Positions 54,546 through 62,598 are shown, counted from the first letter of the stretch. The stretch: DNA of 64,000 nucleotides from Patescibacteria group bacterium (GCA_022703425.1 JAKLDQ010000002.1:12876-76875), one strand, 5' to 3'. A program made the numbers and translations. The notes: a model not told the origin generated them from the sequence alone.

Positions 54546-54767
54546 ATGGTTACAATATATTCAACACCAACATGCCCTTATTGCGTAATGGCAAAAGATT
54601 ATTTTAATCAAAATAGCATTCCTTATAAGGATATAAACGTTGCCGAGGATCACAACGGTGCGAGGGAAATGATTGAAAAGAGCGGACAAATGGGTGTCCC
54701 CGTAATTGAAATAAACGGCAAGATTATTGTAGGATTCAATCCCGGAGAGATAAAAAAGCACTTGTAA
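54546..54767 (+). CDS. Glutaredoxin-like protein (NrdH/YruB-type)
   Basis: TIYSTPTCPYCVMAKDYF...GVPVIEING. Confidence 0.8.
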   Translation: MVTIYSTPTCPYCVMAKDYFNQNSIPYKDINVAEDHNGAREMIEKSGQMGVPVIEINGKIIVGFNPGEIKKHL

Positions 54768-54796
54768 AAAATTTTTCTTCTGTTTCGTATTAATGT

Positions 54797-55297
54797 ATGG
54801 AAAACGAAACAGAAAAAACCGCGGAGGAGAGCCTTACAATAGAAAGGACTTTCAGTGCTCCGCGCGCTGAAGTTTGGAAAGCTTTTACCGATCCAAAACT
54901 TGTAAAGCAGTGGTGGGGGCCGAAAGGATTTACTTCGCCTTTCTGCAGTGTTGATTTGTATGTCGGAGGAAAATATCTTTTTTGCATGCGTTCACCCGAC
55001 GGAAAAGACTATTGGAGCACGGGAGTATATACGGAAATAAATGAACCGGAAGTGATTGTATGTTCCGACAGCTTCTCTGACGAAAAAGGAAACATTGTGC
55101 CCGCGGCGCATTATGGAATGAACCCTGACTTTCCGCTCGAGATGATGCTTTATGTAAAACTGGAAGAAATGGACGGAAAAACAAAACTGACGTTAAAACA
55201 TTCGGGACTGCCGGAGGGCAAAGACAGGGAAATGGCAAAACAGGGCTGGGAAGAGTCCTTGGATAAGCTTGAAAAAATATTTTCAGAAAAAAAATAA
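54797..55297 (+). CDS. SRPBCC/AHSA1-domain protein
   Basis: LTIERTFSAPRAEVWKAFTDPKLVKQWWGP is typical of AHSA1-like proteins. Confidence 0.75.
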   Translation: MENETEKTAEESLTIERTFSAPRAEVWKAFTDPKLVKQWWGPKGFTSPFCSVDLYVGGKYLFCMRSPDGKDYWSTGVYTEINEPEVIVCSDSFSDEKGNIVPAAHYGMNPDFPLEMMLYVKLEEMDGKTKLTLKHSGLPEGKDREMAKQGWEESLDKLEKIFSEKK

Positions 55298-55319
55298 AAC
55301 CGCACGGGTGCGGTTTTTT
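55298..55319. terminator. Bidirectional terminator
   Basis: aaccgca-cggg-tgcggtt with an A-run and a T-run, between convergent units. Confidence 0.8.
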
Positions 55320-55333
55320 GCTGACTGGGAAAT

Positions 55334-55531
55334 TTAAAAGATGTCCAAGTCGTCTGCGGGGACGTTGATAAACGTCTCGCGCCCGTCAAAAATGACGGGC
55401 ACACAGCCGGGGAAAACGTCCTTGATTGCCGCTTCGCTTATCGTTACAAGGAATCGCTCCTTATAAATAGCGATGTCGCCTGCCCGATATCCTTTCGCCC
55501 AGGATTTACATAATTTGTTTGTTTCTGACAT
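55334..55531 (-). CDS. 65-aa hypothetical protein (second gene of a two-gene minus-strand unit)
   Basis: Starts 4 nt after the stop of the upstream gene. No motif recognised. Confidence 0.5.
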   Translation of the reverse strand: MSETNKLCKSWAKGYRAGDIAIYKERFLVTISEAAIKDVFPGCVPVIFDGRETFINVPADDLDIF

Positions 55532-55535
55532 TTTA

Positions 55536-55874
55536 TTATCCTTCGAGCTGAGTTGCCAATCGGATTGCAGTTCTTCTGATTGGTCTGCCCATCAGAATTG
55601 CGGTTTTTCCTACAAACAGGAAGGTCTTTTTTCTTATTTTTCCGTTGTTGCCCTCCCGGCCGTAAATTTCAAAATCGATATCTTCATTCTTGAAATAGCT
55701 TCTTGCGATGTATCTGACATCTTCGAGATCGCACGGCCAAAGATTGCGGATGCCATCCTCGCATTTTACACCGGTCATCGGCTCAATAAATTTCTGTGAC
55801 AGATATTCTCCAATTACGTCATTGGAGTGGCTGTCCTTGGGTTCAACAAACCATTGATAATTTCTGCTTCTCAT
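55536..55874 (-). CDS. 112-aa hypothetical protein
   Basis: SD-like cagggggaaag sits upstream. A minus-strand ttgaca-17-tatttt promoter-like element lies further upstream at about 55915-55943. Confidence 0.55.
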   Translation of the reverse strand: MRSRNYQWFVEPKDSHSNDVIGEYLSQKFIEPMTGVKCEDGIRNLWPCDLEDVRYIARSYFKNEDIDFEIYGREGNNGKIRKKTFLFVGKTAILMGRPIRRTAIRLATQLEG

Positions 55875-56025
55875 GGCTTTCCCCCTGAGTTTTTAAGGAT
55901 CAAATTATATTCAAAATAATACATTTATAACACCTTGTCAACCCAAAAATGCACAATTTTTGGTGTTGCTTTTTGGTCTTTTTTAGGGTAAAATGGATAA
56001 ATATAGAGGTATTCAAAGACTTAAA

Positions 56026-57171
56026 ATGAACAATAATATTGTCATAAAAGACGAGAATGAAGCTGTGCTGATTTCGGAACTCGAAAAAAGGAGCGATATT
56101 AAAGCAGAAAGGATAAAAAGACTTCTTAATCTTCCAGATCTTACAAAAAAAGAAAACTCTCCTGTTAAGATAATTATTGACCAGATTATCAAACTGCCGT
56201 CGTTTAGCGATTTTGACATAGTTGATTTTCCCAGAATAGTCACGGTAGAGGAGAATTTCGACGTTCTTAACGCGGCCAAAGATCATCCGAGCAGAAAAGA
56301 AACAGACACATATTATCTGGACGAGAAAAACATTTTGAGGACGCAGACGACAGCAATGTGGCCTTTTTATCTTAGAAATGAGGATGTTCTTGAAAAGCTG
56401 AAGAATGAAGGCTGTGTAAAAGCTCTTTCCCATGGAATAGTTTTCAGAAAAGACGAAATTGACAGGCATCATTTCCCGGCATTCCACCAGATAGACGGCT
56501 TGTACATCTGCAAAAGAGACCAAAAATTAATAACACTGAAAGACCTGGAGGATATACAGGTTGAGATTGCAAAAAGCATTTTCGGCGAAGATGTCGAATA
56601 TAAATTTTTAGTGGATTCTTTTCCGTTTACGGATCCTTCCGTAGAGCTTGATGTGATGTTTAATGGCGAGTGGATGGAAGTGACCGGAGCAGGATTGGTT
56701 CATTCGCAGGTCCTCAAGAATTTCGGATTGGATCCCGAAGTTTATAATGGATGGGCATTCGGATTTGGTGTAGACAGATTGGCAATGGTAAAAATGGAAA
56801 TTCCAGATATCAGGATATTGTGGTCAGACGACCCGAGAATCACGAGCCAGTTTGAAGACATTAACAGCAAATATAAAGAGGTAAGCAAATATCCCGAAAC
56901 TTCAAGGGACATATCTTTTATAATTGACAAGAATATAAACCTGAATAATTATTATGAAATTGTCAGAGATTTTGCTGATAACCTGATAGAAGAAGTTAAG
57001 CTTGTTGATGAATACGAAGATGAAAAAAAATTCGGCGCAGATAAAAAAAGCTATACGTTCAGAATAGTTTACCGCTCGCCGGAAAGAACTTTAACCAACG
57101 AGGAGATCAATAAAATACAGGATGATATTCGCGAAAAAACGAAGCAAGATCTAAATGCGGTTTTGCGCTAA
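56026..57171 (+). CDS. pheS: Phenylalanine--tRNA ligase, catalytic (alpha-type) core fused to C-terminal FDX-ACB domain (mitochondrial-type architecture)
   Basis: Class II motif 2 FRKDEIDRHHFPAFHQIDG and motif 3 GWAFGFGVDRLAM. The C-terminus DISFIID...LIEEVKLVDEY...YTFRIVYRSPERTLTNEEIN aligns by eye with the FDX-ACB domain. Confidence 0.85.
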   Translation: MNNNIVIKDENEAVLISELEKRSDIKAERIKRLLNLPDLTKKENSPVKIIIDQIIKLPSFSDFDIVDFPRIVTVEENFDVLNAAKDHPSRKETDTYYLDEKNILRTQTTAMWPFYLRNEDVLEKLKNEGCVKALSHGIVFRKDEIDRHHFPAFHQIDGLYICKRDQKLITLKDLEDIQVEIAKSIFGEDVEYKFLVDSFPFTDPSVELDVMFNGEWMEVTGAGLVHSQVLKNFGLDPEVYNGWAFGFGVDRLAMVKMEIPDIRILWSDDPRITSQFEDINSKYKEVSKYPETSRDISFIIDKNINLNNYYEIVRDFADNLIEEVKLVDEYEDEKKFGADKKSYTFRIVYRSPERTLTNEEINKIQDDIREKTKQDLNAVLR

Positions 57172-57195
57172 TTCAAAAGATAATTTCTATATAAA

Positions 57196-59346
57196 ATGAA
57201 AATAAATATAAAAGAAATCGACGAGGAAAAGGCAGAGCCCGTTCGGCCATCTCAGGGCAAAAAAACGGTTTCCGCAAAGCCAAATCCAAAACCCAAGGCA
57301 GAAAGAAAAACTGCTGTTGTTAAGGCAAAACCGGAAAAAGTGAAAAAAGAAAAACCGGTGAAGGAAACAAAGGTTAATGCAGCTGAGGAGATAAAGCAAA
57401 CTGTTTCTGAGCAGATTGCTGCGAAAAAGGGAAAGGCGCGCAAAGAAGGAGAATATACAGCAAAAGATATTTATGTTTTGAAGGGCTTGGAGCCCGTAAG
57501 AATGAGGCCGGGAATGTATATCGGAGGCACAGGGCTGGACGGATTGCATCATTTGATATGGGAAGTTCTGGACAATTGTCTTGATGAAGCAATGGCAGGG
57601 CACGCAAAAAACATCGAAGTTGTTTTGTTGCCAAACAACAGAGTAAAAATATCAGACGACGGAAGAGGAATTCCGGTTGAAAAACATCCCGATACGGGCA
57701 AATCGACTTTGGAAACTGTTTTAACAACCTTGCATGCGGGGGGAAAATTTGGCGGAGAAGCTTATAAAGTTTCGGGCGGTTTGCACGGAGTGGGTATTTC
57801 GGTTGTCTGCGCCCTTTCAACATTTATGCTTTCGGAAGTTCACAGAGATGGAGGAGTTTATCAGCAGGAATATTTTAGGGGTGCTCCAAAAACTTCTGTA
57901 AAAAAAGTCGGCGAAACAAAGAGAACCGGAACTACTCAGACATTCGAAGCCGATCCGCAAATATTTTCAGAAATAAAATATGATGCAAAAAGAATTTTAA
58001 CTCATATCCGCCAGCAGGCATATCTCACGAAGGGAGTAAGAATAACCTTCAAAGACGAAAGAGAGAAGGGCAAAGAGACAAGTTATACATTTTATTTTGA
58101 AGGAGGCGTAAGTTCATATGTAAAATATTTGGTTTTGGGGAACACGCCAAGACATGACAACATTTTTTCGACAGCAATAGATAAAAATGGAATTTATGTT
58201 GAAGCGGCATTTCAGTACACGCAAGAAATGGAATGCACAGAACAGAGTTTCGCAAATAATATTTACACACCAGAAGGCGGAACACATATTTCCGGATTTA
58301 GAACAGCTTTAACAAGATGCCTAAATGATTATGCGAGAAGGGAGGGATTTTTAAAGGAGAAAGATGAAAACTTCACAGGAGACGATGTGCGGGAAGGATT
58401 GACCGCGGTGATTTCTGTTAAAATCAGAACGCCACAATTTGAAGGACAGACAAAAGCAAAACTTGGAAATCCTGAGGCAAAGAATGCGGTTGAGGCGGCA
58501 ACATCAGAAGGGCTGTCAGATTATTTGGAAAGATATCCGCAAGATGCGAAGGGTATTATTGAAAATTGCATGCTTGCATCAAAAGCAAGGATTGCAGCAA
58601 AAGCTGCAAGGCAGACTGTTTTGAGAAAAGGAGCATTAGAGGGGCTGGCTTTACCGGGAAAATTAGCGGACTGCCTTTCAAGAAAACCCGAAGAATCAGA
58701 ACTTTACATTGTTGAGGGAGATTCCGCCGGCGGTTCTTCAAAGCAGGCAAGGGACAGAAGGTTCCAGGCAATTCTGCCGTTAAGGGGAAAAATTTTAAAT
58801 GTGGAAAGAGCCAGACTGGACAAAATGCTTTCATCAAAGGAAATCAAGGCATTGATTATTGCAATGGGAACGGGTATCGGAGAAGATTTTAATATTGAAA
58901 AATTAAGATACCACAGAATTGTAATCATGACAGATGCCGACGTTGACGGCGCTCACATAAGAACTCTTTTGCTGACATTTTTTTACAGGCATTTCAAGCA
59001 AATAGTGGAAAATGGGCACATATTTATTGCGCAGCCGCCCCTGTATAAAATACAGTCCGGAAAAACTGCCGAGTATGCATATTCAGACGATCAGAGAGAT
59101 AAAATTGTAAAGCAAATTGGAAAAACATCTGTTTCTATACAGAGGTATAAGGGTCTTGGCGAAATGAATCCCGATCAGCTTTGGGAAACAACAATGAATC
59201 CGGAAAACAGAACATTGTTGCAGGTAGCAGTTGAGGAGGCGCACGAGGCCGATAAAACATTTGATATATTAATGGGGGAGGAAGTGGAACCAAGAAAGAA
59301 GTTTATTCAGACACACGCCAAAGCGGCAAAGAACATTGATGTGTAA
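57196..59346 (+). CDS. gyrB: DNA gyrase subunit B with about 90-aa Lys-rich N-terminal extension
   Basis: GHKL ATPase motifs (LHHLIWEVLDNCLDEA, DDGRGIP, GGLHGVG). Toprim motifs (EGDSAGG, PLRGKILNV, IMTDADVDGAHI). The canonical start (YVLKGLEPVRMRPGMYIG) begins at about residue 92. Confidence 0.9.
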   Translation: MKINIKEIDEEKAEPVRPSQGKKTVSAKPNPKPKAERKTAVVKAKPEKVKKEKPVKETKVNAAEEIKQTVSEQIAAKKGKARKEGEYTAKDIYVLKGLEPVRMRPGMYIGGTGLDGLHHLIWEVLDNCLDEAMAGHAKNIEVVLLPNNRVKISDDGRGIPVEKHPDTGKSTLETVLTTLHAGGKFGGEAYKVSGGLHGVGISVVCALSTFMLSEVHRDGGVYQQEYFRGAPKTSVKKVGETKRTGTTQTFEADPQIFSEIKYDAKRILTHIRQQAYLTKGVRITFKDEREKGKETSYTFYFEGGVSSYVKYLVLGNTPRHDNIFSTAIDKNGIYVEAAFQYTQEMECTEQSFANNIYTPEGGTHISGFRTALTRCLNDYARREGFLKEKDENFTGDDVREGLTAVISVKIRTPQFEGQTKAKLGNPEAKNAVEAATSEGLSDYLERYPQDAKGIIENCMLASKARIAAKAARQTVLRKGALEGLALPGKLADCLSRKPEESELYIVEGDSAGGSSKQARDRRFQAILPLRGKILNVERARLDKMLSSKEIKALIIAMGTGIGEDFNIEKLRYHRIVIMTDADVDGAHIRTLLLTFFYRHFKQIVENGHIFIAQPPLYKIQSGKTAEYAYSDDQRDKIVKQIGKTSVSIQRYKGLGEMNPDQLWETTMNPENRTLLQVAVEEAHEADKTFDILMGEEVEPRKKFIQTHAKAAKNIDV

Positions 59347-59410
59347 TAACATTCCGACCCCATTCAAGGAGGGTCGGAATGAAGTGGAGCCTGTCTGAGC
59401 AGGCACAGGG

Positions 59411-59440
59411 AAACGGCCCAGCAATTGCTGGGCCGTTTCA
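59411..59440 (+). terminator. Hairpin terminator after gyrB
   Basis: aaacggcccagc / gctgggccgttt long stem, then a T-rich tail. Confidence 0.6.
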
Positions 59441-59443
59441 TAT

Positions 59444-59472
59444 TTGACAAAAAATAATTTTCCGTATATATT
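59444..59472 (+). promoter_or_regulatory. Near-consensus promoter
   Basis: ttgaca, 17 nt, tatatt. Confidence 0.6.
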
Positions 59473-59520
59473 ATAAACGTAGCTCTTTCTGGAAATTTAA
59501 TTCTGAAAGGGAGTGCAGAA

Positions 59521-59784
59521 ATGTGCGACATATCTCAGGAAGAAATTGGAACATCTCTTAATGGGAAAATACTTGGAAAAATGCCCAGCAGAGAAAGGCA
59601 ATTTTTTCTGGACCTTCTTTCGGAATTCAACGCGCTGATAAGACAAAGATATCAAGACGGCTTCGAGCCGCCCTTTGCTCCGTCTCCGTCGTTGAGAGAA
59701 AAATTTCGCAAAGCCGTTGGCTTGTATAACGGCACAAAATATAAACAGGTGAGAGATCTTGCCGGACTTTTTTTGTTTGAATAA
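59521..59784 (+). CDS. 87-aa hypothetical protein
   Basis: SD aagggag upstream. The terminator ggcccga/tcgggcc follows at about 59798-59825. Confidence 0.55.
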   Translation: MCDISQEEIGTSLNGKILGKMPSRERQFFLDLLSEFNALIRQRYQDGFEPPFAPSPSLREKFRKAVGLYNGTKYKQVRDLAGLFLFE

Positions 59785-59896
59785 AAACCTGTTATATCGG
59801 CCCGAAAAATATCGGGCCTTTTGTTTTGACAATTCACCATTTTGGGTGTAAATGTAAAATAAATTTGTTCATTGACTTGTAAAACGGAGAAAAACC

Positions 59897-60208
59897 ATGG
59901 CAAACCAGCAAAATATGGTTTGTGTCAGGGTTGATTGCAAGTGCGCCTACGGGCCAGATTTTAATTTTTTTCCTTTGGGAATCGAAGGCATACATCGTAT
60001 TTCAAAAAATGATGCGCGGGCGAGAGTCGGCGCATATTGGACAAAGAGGACGTCGGTTTGCCCCGGCAAACTTTTTTACCCTTTTTGTCTTCTGGAAAAT
60101 TGCTGCGCGGAGGGCGTGGTAGAGCAAGTCGTTGAAACCTGCGAGAATTGCAGGTTTGCGATTCTAAAGGATTGTCCGCTCAATAGGACCGACAGGATTT
60201 CTGCATAA
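59897..60208 (+). CDS. 103-aa Cys-rich hypothetical protein
   Basis: SD acggag upstream. 10 Cys, including CVRVDCKC and CENC...C. Confidence 0.55.
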   Translation: MANQQNMVCVRVDCKCAYGPDFNFFPLGIEGIHRISKNDARARVGAYWTKRTSVCPGKLFYPFCLLENCCAEGVVEQVVETCENCRFAILKDCPLNRTDRISA

Positions 60209-60218
60209 GGAGCATGCT

Positions 60219-60530
60219 ATGTATTTTCCAAGAACAATTGAAGAGCTTGAAAAAAAGTTTGAAGGGTTTTGCAGATTAAATTCAAAGGAAGCGGCCGAAG
60301 CCGCATTTGCGCTCGGAGCGCATTATTTTAAAACCCGGCATCCTGCCAAGGGAAGATTCTATCTCGCAAAATGCCTTCAGCTTTTGGGAACGGAAACAGA
60401 GACCTTGGAGGAATGCCAGGCAATTAACCAGCGAATCTGCGGAATCGAAATCCCAGAGCTTTTCCATGAAGGTGTGGTCGCGTTTCGCCTTCAACAGTGG
60501 GAGGAAAAAGCCTCCCCGGCAGCCGCCTGA
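60219..60530 (+). CDS. 103-aa helical (TPR-like) hypothetical protein
   Basis: SD aaggag upstream, 10 nt after the previous stop. AAFALGAHYFKTRHPAKGRFYLAKCLQLL resembles a TPR helix pair. Confidence 0.55.
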   Translation: MYFPRTIEELEKKFEGFCRLNSKEAAEAAFALGAHYFKTRHPAKGRFYLAKCLQLLGTETETLEECQAINQRICGIEIPELFHEGVVAFRLQQWEEKASPAAA

Positions 60531-60540
60531 AACGGAAAAC

Positions 60541-60570
60541 GGCCAAAGCCTATCGCTTTGGCTTTTATTT
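60541..60570 (+). terminator. Rho-independent terminator
   Basis: gccaaagc-ctatc-gctttggc followed by a T-run. Confidence 0.75.
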
Positions 60571-60586
60571 TAAATGAAGAGGGAAC

Positions 60587-60615
60587 TTGACACGAAATTA
60601 TATATGTGCTATAAT
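60587..60615 (+). promoter_or_regulatory. Consensus sigma70 promoter
   Basis: ttgaca, 17 nt, tataat (perfect hexamers). Confidence 0.7.
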
Positions 60616-60661
60616 TAAGAAAGAGTACATTTTAACCCTGTTCTGGAAAGGAGTTCCTAAA

Positions 60662-61126
60662 ATGAGGATGTTGACAATCGAAAGGATTCGAGCATTTGAT
60701 AGGATGCCAGAGTTGGCGGACCTGGCAGAGCAGGCGAAGCTTGCAAGCATGGAACACGAGGATTGTCGTGAGGCAATCCTCTATCTGGCATTCAAGCTTC
60801 GGATTCCTGTTCCGGAGCTGTCATCGTACATCTGGTTGAAAGCTTACATCGCTGAGCTTTCGCTTTCATACGATGAAGTGCCAGATCCGGAAATTGTTGC
60901 CCAACAATTCGGAATTAACTGGGATGACTTCCAGGTTTACTTGGACGAGCAAGCCATGCTTCTCGGTCAGAAATTGGAAGAAATTCCGGATCGGAACGGT
61001 GACTTCGGAGTTTGCTCCGAGGTTCTGGATCGATCCGGCGATCTTGCCTTCTTCAGTGATGAAGAGGAGGCATATCTTGCCGACCTTCAGGAAGAGGCCG
61101 GCGACCTCCCTTACGGGAGTTTCTGA
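60662..61126 (+). CDS. 154-aa acidic hypothetical protein, paralog A
   Basis: SD aaaggag upstream. I chose the ATG at 60662. It shares an N-terminal motif and central region with 61241-61699. Confidence 0.6.
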   Translation: MRMLTIERIRAFDRMPELADLAEQAKLASMEHEDCREAILYLAFKLRIPVPELSSYIWLKAYIAELSLSYDEVPDPEIVAQQFGINWDDFQVYLDEQAMLLGQKLEEIPDRNGDFGVCSEVLDRSGDLAFFSDEEEAYLADLQEEAGDLPYGSF

Positions 61127-61130
61127 TTTA

Positions 61131-61160
61131 TGCCCTGCGACGCGCGCGTCGCAGGGCTTT
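61131..61160 (+). terminator. Rho-independent terminator
   Basis: gccctgcgacgcg / cgcgtcgcagggc stem followed by T5. Confidence 0.85.
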
Positions 61161-61164
61161 TTGT

Positions 61165-61193
61165 TTGACATGAAAAATTTAATATGCTCAAAT
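61165..61193 (+). promoter_or_regulatory. Near-consensus promoter
   Basis: ttgaca, 17 nt, tcaaat. Confidence 0.55.
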
Positions 61194-61240
61194 CAAGTTA
61201 GCTCATTGTATCCCGGCTTCTCTTTGCAAAGGAGTTTGAA

Positions 61241-61699
61241 ATGGGACGGATTCGTACGGTTAAACCAATTTCGATTGATAGGATTCGTGTTATAGATGCC
61301 ATTGGCGAAAGGGAACTCCGCCTTTTTATTTGTCTTGGCGACGCTTATGGGGCGCCTCCTCCATTTTTTTTGCGCGACGAACACGTTGATAAAATCGATC
61401 TTATTAACCTTTCGATGAAATGGAACGTTCCTCTTGAGGAATTTTTCACGTACGTTGCTGTCCAGAGATATATTCACGCTTATATAAGAGAAACAACCGG
61501 AGATATTCCGCTTCCAGAAGATATTGCAGACAGGCTCGATATTCCGGCAGATGAGTTTCTGAAATATATAAAAGAAAAAAAGGAGGAGCTTCTTCAGGCG
61601 CACACTGCCAAACATGCCGAAGATAATTGGCGAGAGGGAATTCAGGATGAACTGCAGGATATACACGATTCAATTGCGGAGGAGCAGGATGCGCAATAA
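61241..61699 (+). CDS. 152-aa acidic hypothetical protein, paralog B
   Basis: SD aaaggag upstream. SIDRIRVIDAI aligns with TIERIRAFDRM of paralog A, and WNVPLEEFFTYVAVQRYI aligns with LRIPVPELSSYIWLKAYI. Confidence 0.6.
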   Translation: MGRIRTVKPISIDRIRVIDAIGERELRLFICLGDAYGAPPPFFLRDEHVDKIDLINLSMKWNVPLEEFFTYVAVQRYIHAYIRETTGDIPLPEDIADRLDIPADEFLKYIKEKKEELLQAHTAKHAEDNWREGIQDELQDIHDSIAEEQDAQ

Positions 61700-61818
61700 A
61701 TCAGCCCGGGCTTTGCCAGGGCTTTTCTTTTTAATTGAAATAGGAACAGATTTGTGTTATTATTCATGTCAGCGCCTTGAAAACTTTTTGTGTGGTTTTG
61801 AGGAGAAGGAGATTCTCA

Positions 61819-62523
61819 ATGCTCGGGGAACTGCTGGGTTATGCTGTTTTTTTGAGGCACGGCCAAACAGAGTACACAGATAAATTTCCGGATTTGACGC
61901 CGGAAGGTATTGAAACAATAGAAAGAAGTTCCTCGTTAATTAAAACAATAATTGATTCGCTTGGGAACCAATGTGGCCCTCTGGCGATTACGTGTTCAGA
62001 GGCCCCCAGGGCATGCGGATCCGCGTCCATTATCGCAAAGGAATTAAAGTATGAGGTCACTCCCATACAATCTTCTTTGCTAAACCCGGCAAAAGTGCTG
62101 GATACGATCGTTGGCCTTGAGATGTATAACCGGTATATGAGAAACGGCGGAATGCGCTCATTGTGCGTGGCATTTTCCACTGATCCGCGGTTTGAAGAAG
62201 GCGGATTTATGGAGCCGCGCTCTGCGTGTAAAAAGAGATTTTTCAGCTATCTTGGCATGCTTGTAAGGAATCTGATAGCATCCGGCAATCACAGTTTTGT
62301 GGTGAGCGTTTCGCACTATGAGACGCTTTGCCATTTGGTTGAGCAGATATTTATGCTCGATTACGAACTTGATGAGCCGCTTTGGCACGGTGAAATCATC
62401 CAGATTTCCATTTACGAGTGGGTAAGGGATTTTGTGGAAATGAAAATAACTTTCAGAAACCGAACGGCTGGCCGAATCTTGTTTAACCACAGAACAAACC
62501 ACATTTTGACAGGTCCTGCATAG
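61819..62523 (+). CDS. Histidine phosphatase (phosphoglycerate-mutase-like) superfamily protein
   Basis: RHG motif (AVFLRHGQTEYT) and a later SHYETL His. I chose the ATG at 61819, after the SD gaggagaaggag. Confidence 0.6.
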   Translation: MLGELLGYAVFLRHGQTEYTDKFPDLTPEGIETIERSSSLIKTIIDSLGNQCGPLAITCSEAPRACGSASIIAKELKYEVTPIQSSLLNPAKVLDTIVGLEMYNRYMRNGGMRSLCVAFSTDPRFEEGGFMEPRSACKKRFFSYLGMLVRNLIASGNHSFVVSVSHYETLCHLVEQIFMLDYELDEPLWHGEIIQISIYEWVRDFVEMKITFRNRTAGRILFNHRTNHILTGPA

Positions 62524-62569
62524 CAGGATTTTTTTTGTTATAATAAAAAAAGAGATCTAAAAAGCGCCC

Positions 62570-62598
62570 TTGACTAATCGCTAATAATCGGCTATCAT
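62570..62598 (+). promoter_or_regulatory. Putative promoter upstream of secE-nusG
   Basis: ttgact, 17 nt, tatcat. Confidence 0.5.

Noticed and set aside
59351-59380. 10-bp hairpin attccgaccc/gggtcggaat just after the gyrB stop as a terminator
   Set aside because: There is no T-run after it. The following hairpin at 59411-59440 is the better terminator candidate.
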